Assembly (NCBI GenBank): GCA_030390025.1
Contig: JASTWF010000353.1
Location: 62,001 to 126,000 of the forward strand
DNA length: 64,000 nucleotides
From: Squalus acanthias
Lineage: Eukaryota
Reading direction: 5' to 3'
The notes below the pieces were generated by a model that saw nothing but the letters and a program-made list of their open reading frames with translations, searched no databases and was not told where the DNA came from. Of this stretch, positions 41,101 to 52,800 are shown in pieces; the stretch's first letter is position 1, and each line of letters begins with the position of its first letter. A program made the translations under genes and the position numbers.

Positions 41101-44100
41101 CAATCTCTGTATCTCCCCTCACTCTCTTTATCTGCCCCTCACTCTCTGTATCTGCCCCTCGATCTCTGTATATGCCCCTCGATCTCTATATCTGCCCTTC
41201 GATCTCTCTGTATCTGCCCCTCAATCTCTGTATCTGCCCCTCGATCACTCTGTCTCAGCCCCGCGATCGCAATATCTGCCCCTCACTCTCTGTATCTGCC
41301 CCATAGTCTCTTTATCTCCACTCGATCTTCTGTATCGGCCCCTCGATCGCAATATCTGCCCCTCACTCTCTGTATCTGCCCCTCGATCTCTCTGTATCTG
41401 CCCCTGACTCTCTGTATCTGCCCCATACTCTCTGTGTCTGCCCCTCACTCTCTGTATCTGCCCGTCACTCTCTGTTTCTGTCCCTCACTCTCTGTATCTG
41501 CCCCTCACTCTCTGTATCTGCCCATCGACCTCTGTATGTGCCCCCCCTCTCCGCATATGCCCCTGACTCTGTTTCTGTCCCTCGTTCTCTGTATCAGCCC
41601 CTCGCTCTCCGTATCTGCACTTCACTCACTGTATCTGCCTCTCACTTTCTGTGTCTGTCCCTTGATCGCTGTATCTGCCCCTCACTCGCTATATCTGTCC
41701 CTCACTCTCTGTATAATCCCTTACTCTCTGTTTCTGCCCCTCACTCTCTGTATCCGCCCCATACTCTCTGTATCTGCCCCTCACTATCTGTATCTGCCCA
41801 TCGATCTCTGTATCTGCCCCCACTCTCTGTATCTGCCCCTGACTCTCTGTTTCTGCCCCTCGTTCTCTGTATCAGCCCCTCACTCTCTGTATCTGCCCCT
41901 CGCTCTCTGTATCTACCCCTCAATCTCTGTATAAGCACCTCGATCTCTATATCTGCCCCTCGATCTCTCTGTATCTACCCCTCGATCTCTGTATCTGCCC
42001 CTCACTCGCTGTATCTGCCTTTTGATCTCTGTATCCACCCCTCACTCTCTGTATCCGCCCCTCACTCTCTGTATCTGCCCATCGATCTCTGTATGTGCCC
42101 CCACTCTCTGTATCTGCCCCTGTCTCTCTGTTTCTGCCCCTCGTTCTCTGTATCAGCCCCTCACTCTCTGTATCTGCCCCTCGCTCTCTGTATCTACCCC
42201 TCAATCTCTGTATATGCACCTCGATCTCTATATCTGCCCCTTGATCTCTCTGTATCTACCCCTCGATCTCTGTATCTGCCCCTCACTCACTGTATCTGCC
42301 TTTTGATCTCTGTATCCGCCCCTCACTCTCTGTATCCGCCCCTCACTCTCTGCCCCTCAATCTCTGTATCTCCCCTCACTCTGTTTATCTGCCCCTCACT
42401 CTCTGTATCTGCCCCTCGATCTCTGTGTATGCCCCTCGATTTCCATATCTGCCCCTCGATCTCTCTGTATCTGCCCCTCAATCTCTGTATCTGCCCCTCG
42501 ATCACTCTGTCTCGGCCCCGCGATCGCAATATCTGCCCCTCACTCTCTGTATCTGCCCCATAGTCTCTGTATCTCCACTCGATCTTCTGTATCGGCCCCT
42601 CGATCGCAATATCTGCCCCTCACTCTCTGTATCTGCCCCTCGATCTCTCTGTATCTGCCCCTGACTCTCTGTATCTGCCCCATACTCTCTGTGTCTGCCC
42701 CTCACTCTCTGTATCTGCCCGTCACTCTCTGTTTCTGTCCCTCACTCTCTGTATCTGCCCCTCACTCTGTATCTGCCCATCGACCTCTGTATGTGCCCCC
42801 CATCTCCGCATCTGCCCCTGACTCTGTTTCTGCCCCTCGTTCTCTGTATCAGCCCCTCGCTCTCTGTATCTGCCCCTTGCTCTCTGTATCTACCCCTCAA
42901 TCTCTGTTTCTGTCCCTCACTCTCTGTATCTGCCCCTCACTCTCTGTATCTGCCCATCGATCTCTGTATGTGCCCCCCCTCTCCGTATCTGCCCCTGACT
43001 CTGTTTCTGCCCCTCGTTCTCTGTATCAGCCCCTCACTCTCTGTATCAGCCCCTCGCTCTCTGTATCTACCCCTCAATCTCTGTATATGCCCCTCGATCT
43101 CTATATCTGCCCCTCGATCTCTCTGTATCTACCCCTCGATCTCTGTATCTGCCCCTCACTCTCTGTATCTGCCCCTCGATCTCTCTGTATCTACCCCTCG
43201 ATCTCTGTATCTGCCCCTCACTCTCTGTATCTGCCCCTCACTCTGTATCTGCCCATCGACCTCTGTATGTGCCCCCCATCTCCGCATCTGCCCCTGACTC
43301 TGTTTCTGCCCCTCGTTCTCTGTATCAGCCCATCGCTCTCTGTATCTGCCCCTTGCTCTCTGTATCTACCCCTCAATCTCTGTTTCTGTCCCTCACTCTC
43401 TGTATCTGCCCCTCACTCTCTGTATCTGCCCATCGATCTCTGTATGTGCCCCCCCTCTCCGTATCTGCCCCTGACTCTGTTTCTGCCCCTCGTTCTCTAT
43501 ATCAGCCCCTCACTCTCTGTATCTGCCCCTCACTCTCTGTATCTGCCCCTCGATCTCTCTGTATCTACTCCTCGATCTCTGTATCTGCCCCTCACTCTCT
43601 GAATCTGCCCCTCGCTCTCTGTATCTGCCCCTCAATCTCTGTATCTGCCCCTCGATCACTCTGTCTCGGCCCCACGATCGCAATATCTGCCCCTCACTCT
43701 CTGTAACTGCCCCATAGTCTCTGTATCTCCACTCGATCTTCTGTATCAGCTCCTCGATTGCAATATCTGCCCCTCACTCTCTGTATCTGCCCCTCGCTCT
43801 CTGCATTTGCCCCTCGATCTCTCCGTATCTGCACTTCACACACTGTATCTGCCTCTCACTTTCTGTGTCTGCCCGTCACTCTCTGTTTCTGTCCCTCACT
43901 CTCTGTATCTGCCCCTCACTCTCTGTATCTGCCCATCGATCTCTGTATGTGACCCCCTCTCCGTATCTGCCCCTGACTCTGTTTCTGCCCCTCGTTCTCT
44001 GTATCAGCCCCTCACTGTCTGTATCTGCCCTTCGCTCTCTTGTATCTACCTCTCAATCTCTGTATATGCCCATCGATCTCTATATCTGCCCCTCGATCTC

Positions 44101-44130
44101 TCTGTATCTAACCCTCGATCTCTGTATGTG
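38170..44130 (+). repeat. About 1.7-kb block repeated at 4239-bp offset (~38170-39890 and ~42410-44130)
   Basis: ORF pairs 38452/42691, 39030/43269, 39519/43758. Markers TTTCCATATC (38201, 42440) and TCTAACCC (~39868, ~44107). Confidence 0.88.
40348..42765 (+). repeat. 1257-bp tandem duplication
   Basis: ORF pairs 40484/41741, 40690/41947, 41245/42502. Marker CCCCTGTCTCTCTG at ~40860 and ~42117. Chimeric junction monomer CGCTCTCCGTATCTGCACTT at ~41603. Confidence 0.88.
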
Positions 44131-47100
44131 CCCCCCCCTCTCCGTATCTGCCCCTGACTCTGTTTCTGCCCCTCGTTCTCTGTATCAGCCCCTCACTCTC
44201 TGTATCTGCCCCTCGCTCTCTTTACCAACCCTCAATCTCTGTATATGCCCCTCCATCTCTATATCTGCCCCTCGATCTCTCTGTATCTACCCCTCGATCT
44301 CTGTATCTGCCCCTCACTCTCTGTATCTGCCCCTCGATCTCTCTGTATCTACCCCTCGATCTCTGTATGTGCCCCTCACTCTCTGAATCTGCCCCTCACT
44401 CTCTGTATCTGCCCCTCGATCTCTGTATATGCCCCTCGATTTCTATATCTGCCCCTCGATCTCTCTGTATCTGCCCCTCAATGTCTGTATCTGCCCCTCG
44501 ATCACTCTGTCTTGGCCCCGCGATCGCAATATCTGCCCCTCACTCTCTGTAACTGCCCCATAGTCTCAGTATCTCCACTCGATCTTCTGTATCGGCTCCT
44601 CGATTGCAATATCTGCCCCTCACTCTCTGTATCTGCCCCTCACTCTCTGCATTTGCCCCTCGATCTCTCCGTATCTGCACTTCACTCACTGTATCTGCCT
44701 CTCACTTTCTGTGTCTGTCCCTTGATCGCTGTATCTGCCCCTCACTCGCTATATCTGCCCTTCACTCTCTGTATAATCCCTTACTCTCTGTTTCTGTCCC
44801 TCACTCTCTGTATCTGCCACTCACTCTCTGTATCTGCCCCTCACTCTCTGTAACTGCCCATCGATCCCTGTATCTGCCCCTCAATCTCTGTCCCTGTCCC
44901 CTCACTCTCTGTATCGGCCCCTCGATCGCTGTATCTGCCCCTCGATCTCTGTATCTGCCCCTCACGCTCTGTATCTGCCCCTCACTCTCTGTATCTGTCC
45001 CGCACTCTCTGTATCTGCCCCTCATTCTCTGTATCTGCCCCTCAGTCTCTGTTACTGCCCTTCACTCTCTGTTTCTGTCCCTCACTCTCTGTATCTGCCC
45101 CTCACTCTCTGTATCTGCCCATCGATCTCTGTATGTGCCCCCACTCTCTGTATCTGCCCCTGACTCTCTGTTTCTGCCCCTCGTTCTCTGTATCAGCCCC
45201 TCACTCTCTGTATCTGCCCCTCGCTCTCTGTATCTACCCCTCAATCTCTGTATATGCACCTCGATCTCTATATCTGCCCCTCGATCTCTCTGTATCTACC
45301 CCTCGATCTCTGTATCTGCCCCTCACTCGCTGTATCTGCCTTTTGATCCCTGTATCCGCCCCTCACTCTCTGTATCCGCCCCTCACTCTCTGCCCCTCAA
45401 TCTCTGTATCTCCCCTCACTCTCTTTATCTGCCCCTCACTCTCTGTATCTGCCCCTCTATCTCTGTATATGCCCCTCGATCTCTATATCTGCCCTTCGAT
45501 CTCTCTGTATCTGCCCCTCAATCTCTGTATCTGCCCCTCGATCACTCTGTCTCAGCCCCGCGATCGCAATATCCGTCCCTCACTCCCTGTATCTGCCCCA
45601 TAGTCTCTGTATCTCCACTCGATCTTCTGTATCGGCCCCTCGATCGCAATATCTGCCTCTCAACTCTGTATCTGCCCCTCGATCTCTCTGTATCTGCCCC
45701 TGACTCTCTGTATCTGCCCCATACTCTCTGTGTCTGCCCCTCACTCTCTGTATCTGTCCATCACTCTCTGCATCTGCCCCTCGATCTCTCTGTATCTGCA
45801 CTTCACTCACTGTATCTGCCCCTCACTTTCTGTGTCTGCCCCTTGATCGCTGTATCTGCCCCTCACTCGCTATATCTGCCCCTCACTCTCTGTATAATCC
45901 CTTAGTTTCTGTATCTGCCCCTCACTCTCTGTATCTGCCCCTCACTCTCTGTTACTGCCCATCGATCCCTGTATCTGCCCCTCGCTCTCTGTATCTGTCC
46001 CCTCAACCTCTGTATCTGCCCCTCGATCGCTGTATCTGCCCCTCACTCTCTGTGTCTGCCGCTCGATCGCTGTATTTTCCCCTCACTCACTGCAACTGCC
46101 CCTTGATCGCTGTATCTGCCCCTCACTCTCTGTATCTGGCCCTCGATCACTATATCTGCCCCTCACTCTCTGTATCTGCCCCTCACTCTCTGTATCTATC
46201 CCTCGATCCCTGTATCTGCCCCTCGATCTCTCTGTATCTGTCCCTCACTCTCTGGATCTGCCACTCACTCTCTGTATCTGCCCCTCGTTCTCTCTGTATC
46301 TACACCTCACTCTCTGTATCTGCCCCTCACTCTCTGTATCTGCCCCTCGATCTCTCTGTATCTTCCCCTCACTCTCTGTATCTACCCCTCACTCTCTGTA
46401 TCTGCCCCTCAATTTCTGTATCTGCCACTCATTCTCTGTATCTGCCCCTCGATCTCTGTATCTGCCCCGCACTATCTGTATCTGCCCCTCGATCTTTGTA
46501 TATGCCCATCACACTCCGTATCTGACCCTCACTCTGTGTATCTGTCCCTCGATCGCTGTATCTGCCCTTCAATCTCTGTAGCTGCCACTCAAAATCTCTG
46601 TATCTGCCCATCACTCGCTGTATCTGCCCCTCAATCTCTGTTTCTGCCCCTCAATCTCTGTATGAACACTTCGATCTCTGTAGCTGCCCCTTTATCTCTC
46701 TGTATCTGCCCTCACTCTCTGTATCTGCCCCTCGATCAATTTATCTGCCCCTCACTCTCTGTATCTGCCCCTCAATCTTTGTATCTGCCCTTCCATCTCT
46801 CTGTATCTGCTCCTCACTCTCTGTATCTGTCCCTCATTCTCTCTGTATCTGCACCTCACTCTCGGTATCTGCCCCTCACTCTCCTATCTGCCCCTCGATC
46901 TCTGTATCTGCCTCTCACTCTCTGTATCTGCCCCTCGATCTCTGTATCTGCCCATCGATCTCTCTGTATCTGCCCCTCGATCTCTGTATCTGCCTCTCAC
47001 TCTCTGTATCTGCCCCTCGATCTGTATCTGCCCATCGATCTCTCTGTATCTGCCCCTCGATCTCTCTGTATCTGCCCCTCGATCTCTGTATCTGCCCCTT

Positions 47101-49899
47101 GATCTCTGTATCTTCCCTTCGATCTCTGTGTCTGCCTCTCACTCTCTGTATCTGCCCCTTGATCTCTGTATCTGCCCCTTGATCTCTGTATCTGCCCCTC
47201 GATCTCTGTATCTGCCCCTCACTCTCTGTATCTGTCCCTCGATCGCAGTAACTGCCCCTCGCTCTCTGTATCTGTCCCTCACTCTCTGTATCTGCCCCTC
47301 ACTCTCTGTATCTGCCCACACTCTCTGTATCTGCCCCTCACTCTCTGTATCTGCCCCCACTCTCTGTATCTGCCCCTCACTCTCTGTATCTGCCCCTCGA
47401 TCTCTGTATCTGCCCCTCACTCTCTGTATCTGCCCACACTCTCTGTATCTGCCCCTCACTCTCTGTATCTGCCCCCACTCTCTGTATCTGCCCCTCACTC
47501 TCTGTATCTGCCCCTCGATCTCTGTATCTGCCCCTCACTCTCTGTATCTGCCCCTTGATCTCTATATCTGCCCCTCGATCTCTCTGTATCTGCCCCTCAC
47601 TCTCTGTATCTACCCCTCGATCTCTGTATCTGCCCCTTGATCTCTGTATCTATCCCTCGATCTCTGTATCTGCCCCTCGATCTCTGTATCTTCCCCATGA
47701 TCTCTGTATCTGCCCCTTGATCTCTGTATCTGCCACTCGATCTCTCTGTATCTGCCCCTCAATTTCTGTACCTGCCCCTTGATCTCTGTATCTGCACCTC
47801 ACTCTCTGTATCTGCCCCTCACTCTCTGTATCTGTCCCTCGATCGCAGTAACTGCCCCTCGCTCTCTGTATCTCTCCCTCACTCTCTGTAACTGCCCCTC
47901 ACTCTCTGTCTCTGCCCCTCGATCTCTGTATCTGCCCCTCACTCTCTGTATCTGCCCCTTGATCGCAGTGTCTGCCCCTCACTCTTGGTACCTGCCCCTC
48001 GATCTCTGTATCTGCCCCTCACTCTCTGTATCTGCCCCCACTCTCTGTATCTTCCCCTCACTCTCTGTATCTACCCCTCGATCTCTGTATCTGCCCCCAC
48101 TCTCTGTATCTGCCCCTCACTCTCTGTATCTGCCCCTGGATCTCTATATCTGCCCCTCAATCACTCTGTATCTGGCCCTCACTCTCTGTATCTGCCCCTC
48201 GATCTCTATATCTGCACCTCGATCTCTCTGTTTCTGCTCTTCACTCTCTGTATCTGCCCCTCGATCTCTATATCTGCCCCTCGATCTCTCTGTTTCTGCT
48301 CTTCACTCTCTGTATCTGCCCCTCATTCTCTGTATCTGCCCCTGACTCTCTGTATCTGCCCCATACTCTCTGTATCTGCCCCTCACTATCTGTATCTGCC
48401 CCTCAGTCTCTGTTACTGCCCCTCACTCTCTGTTTCTGTCCCTCACTCTCTGTATCTGCCCCTCACTCTCTGTATCTGCCCATCGATCTCTGTATGTGCC
48501 CCCACTCTCTGTATCTGCCCCTGACTCTCTGTTTCTGCCCCTCGTTCTCTGTATCAGCCCCTCACTCTCTGTATCTGCCCCTCGCTCTCTGTATCTACCC
48601 CTCAATCTCTGTATATGCCCCTCGATCTCTATATCTGCCCCTCGATCTCTCTGTATCTACCCCTCGATCTCTGTATCTGCCCCTCACTCGCTGTATCTGC
48701 CTTTTGATCCCTGTATCCGCCCCTCACTCTCTGTATCCGCCCCTCACTCTCTGCCCCTCAATCTCTGTATCTCCCCTCACTCTCTTTATCTGCCCCTCAC
48801 TCTCTGTTACTGCCCATCGATCCCTGTATCTGCCCCTCGCTCTCTGTATCTGTCCCCTCAACCTCTGTATCTGCCCCTCGATCGCTGTATCTGCCCCTCA
48901 CTCTCTGTGTCTGCCGCTCGATCGCTGTATTTTCCCCTCACTCACTGCAACTGCCCCTTGATCGCTGTATCTGCCCCTCACTCTCTGTATCTGGCCCTCG
49001 ATCACTATATCTGCCCCTCACTCTCTGTATCTGCCCCTCACTCTCTGTATCTGCCCCTCGATCGCTGTATCTGCCCCTCACTCTCTGTATCTGCCCCTCG
49101 ATCTCTCTGTATCTGTCCCTCACACTCTGTATCTGCTCCTCACTCTCTGTATCTGCCCCTCGTTCTCTCTGTATCTGCACTTCACTCTCTGTATCTGCCC
49201 CTCACTATCTCTATCTGTCCCTCGATCACAGTATCTGTCCCTGACTCTCTGTATCTGCCCCTCGATCTCTGTATCTGCCTCTCACTCTCTGTATCTGCCC
49301 CTCGATCTCTGTATCTGCACCTCACTCTCTGTATCTGCCCCTCACTCGCTGTGCCTTTTCCTCGATCGCAGTATCTGCCCCTCGCTCTCTGTAAGTGACC
49401 CTCGATCTCTGTATCTGCCCCTCACTCTCTGTATCTATCCCTCGATCTCTGTATCTGCCCCTCGATCTCTCTGTATCTGTCCCTCACTCTCTGGATCTAC
49501 CCCTCGATCTCTGTATCTGCCCCTTGATCTCTGTATCTATCCCTCGATCTCTGTATCTGCCCCTCGATCTCTGTATCTTCCCCTTGATCTCTGTATCTGC
49601 CCCTTGATCTCTGTATCTGCCACTCGATCTCTCTGTATCTGCCCCTCAATTTCTGTACCTGCCCCTTGATCTCTGTATCTGCCCCTCACTCTCTGTATCT
49701 GTCCCTCGATCGCAGTAACTGCCCCTCGCTCTCTGTATCTCTCCCTCACTCTCTGTAACTGCCCCTCACTCTCTGTATCTGCCCCTCGATCTCTGTATCT
49801 GCCCCTCACTCTCTGTATCTTCCCCTCGATCGCAGTAACTGCCCCTCGCTCTCTGTATCTCTCCCTCACTCTCTGTATCTGCCCCTCACTCTCTGTATC

Positions 49900-52800
49900 T
49901 GCCCCTCACTCTCTGTATCTGCCCCTCGATCTCTGTATCTGCCCCTTAACCTCTCTGTATCTGCCCCTCACTCTCTGTATCTGTCCCTTGATCGCAGTGT
50001 CTGCCCCTCACTCTTGGTACCTGCCCCTCGATCTCTGTATCTGCCCCTCACTCTCTGTATCTGCCCCCACTCTCTGTATCTTCCCCTCACTCTCTGTATC
50101 TACCCCTCGATCTCTGTATCTGCCCCCACTCTCTGTATCTGCCCCTCACTCTCTGTATCTGCCCCTGGATCTCTATATCTGCCCCTCAATCACTCTGTAT
50201 CTGCCCCTCACTCTCTGTATCTGCATCTCGATCTCTATATCTGCCCCTCGATCTCTCTGTTTCTGCTCTTCACTCTCTGTATCTGCCCCTCGATCTCTAT
50301 ATCTGCCCCTCGATCTCTCTGTTTCTGCTCTTCACTCTCTGTATCTGCCCCTCATTCTCTGTATCTGCCCCTGACTCTCTGTATCTGCCCCATACTCTCT
50401 GTATCTGCCCCTCACTATCTGTATCTGCCCCTCAGTCTCTGTTACTGCCCCTCACTCTCTGTTTCTGTCCCTCACTCTCTGTATCTGCCCCTCACTCTCT
50501 GTATCTGCCCATCGATCTCTGTATGTGCCCCCACTCTCTGTATCTGCCCCTGACTCTCTGTTTCTGCCCCTCGTTCTCTGTATCAGCCCCTCACTCTCTG
50601 TATCTGCCCCTCGCTCTCTGTATCTACCCCTCAATCTCTGTATATGCACCTCGATCTCTATATCTGCCCCTCGATCTCTCTGTATCTACCCCTCGATCTC
50701 TGTATCTGCCCCTCACTCGCTGTATCTGCCTTTTGATCCCTGTATCCGCCCCTCACTCTCTGTATCCGCCCCTCACTCTCTGCCCCTCAATCTCTGTATC
50801 TCCCCTCACTCTCTTTATCTGCCCCTCACTCTCTGTATCTGCCCCTCTATCTCTGTATATGCCCCTCGATCTCTATATCTGCCCTTCGATCTCTCTGTAT
50901 CTGCCCCTCAATCTCTGTATCTGCCCCTCGATCTATCTGTCTCAGCCCCGCGATCGCAATATCTGTCCCTCACTCTCTGTATCTGCCCCATAGTCTCTGT
51001 ATCTCCACTCGATCTTCTGTATCGGCCCCTCGATCGCAATATCTGCCTCTCAACTCTGTATCTGCCCCTCGATCTCTCTGTATCTGCCCCTGACTCTCTG
51101 TATCTGCCCCATACTCTCTGTGTCTGCCCCTCACTCTCTGTATCTGTCCATCACTCTCTGCATCTGCCCCTCGATCTCTCTGTATCTGCACTTCACTCAC
51201 TGTATCTGCCCCTCACTTTCTGTGTCTGCCCCTTGATCGCTGTATCTGCCCCTCACTCGCTATATCTGCCCCTCACTCTCTGTATAATCCCTTCGTTTCT
51301 GTATCTGCCCCTCACTCTCTGTATCTGCCCCTCACTCTCTGTTACTGCCCATCGATCCCTGTATCTGCCCCTCGCTCTCTGTATCTGTCCCCTCAACCTC
51401 TGTATCTGCCCCTCGATCGCTGTATCTGCCCCTCACTCTCTGTGTCTGCCGCTCGATCGCTATATTTTCCCCTCACTCACTGCAACTGCCCCTTGATCGC
51501 TGTATCTGCCCCTCACTCTCTGTATCTGGCCCTCGATCACTATATCTACCCCTCACTCTCTGTATCTGCCCCTCACTCTCTGTATCTGCCCCTCGATCGC
51601 TGTATCTGCCCCTCACTCTCTGTATCTGCCCCTCGATCTCTCTGTATCTGTCCCTCACACTCTGTATCTGCTCCTCACTCTCTGTATCTGCCCCTCGTTC
51701 TCTCTGTATCTGCACTTCACTCTCTGTATCTGCCCCTCACTCTCTCTATCTGTCCCTCGATCACAGTATCTGTCCCTGACTCTCTGTATCTGCCCCTCGA
51801 TCTCTGTATCTGCCTCTCACTCTCTGTATCTGCCCCTCGATCTCTGTATCTGCACCTCACTCTCTGTATCTGCCCCTCACTCTCTGTGCCTTTTCCTCGA
51901 TCGCAGTATCTGCCCCTCGCTCTCTGTAAGTGACCCTCGATCTCTGTATCTGCCCCTCACTCTCTGTATCTATCCCTCGATCTCTGTATCCGCCCCTCGA
52001 TCTCTCTGTATCTGTCCCTCACTCTCTGGATCTGCCACTCACTCTCTGTATCTGCCCCTCGTTCTCTCTGTATCTACACCTCACTCTCTGTATCTGCCCC
52101 TCACTCTCTGTATCTGCCCCTCGATCTCTCTGTATCTTCCCCTCACTCTCTGTATCTGCCCCTCACTCTCTGTATCTGCCCCTCAATTTCTGTATCTGCC
52201 ACTCATTCGCTGTATCTGCCCCTCGATCTCTGTATCTGCCCCGCACTATCTGTATCTGCCCCTCGATCTTTGTATATGCCCATCACACTCCGTATCTGCC
52301 CCTCACTCTGTGTATCTGTCCCTCGATCGCTGTATCTGTACTTCAATCTCTGTAGCTGCCACTCAAATTCTCTGTATCTGCCCATCACTCGCTGTATCTG
52401 CCCCTCAATCTCTGTATCTGCCCCTCAATCTCTGTATGAACCCTTCGATCTCTGTAGCTGCCCCTTTATCTCTCTGTATCTGCCCCTCGATCTCTGTATC
52501 TGCCCATCGATCTCTCTGTATCTGCCCCTCGATCTCTCTGTATCTGCCCCTCAATCTCTGTATCTGCCCCTTGATCTCTGTATCTTCCCCTCGATCTCTG
52601 TGTCTGCCTCTCACTCTCTGTATCTGCCCCTTGATCTCTGTATCTGCCCCTTGATCTCTGTATCTGCCCCTCGATCTCTGTATCTGCCCCTCACTCTCTG
52701 TATCTGTCCCTCGATCGCAGTAACTGCCCCTCGCTCTCTGTATCTGTCCCTCACTCTCTGTATCTGCCCCTCACTCTATGTATCTGCCCCTCGATCTCTG

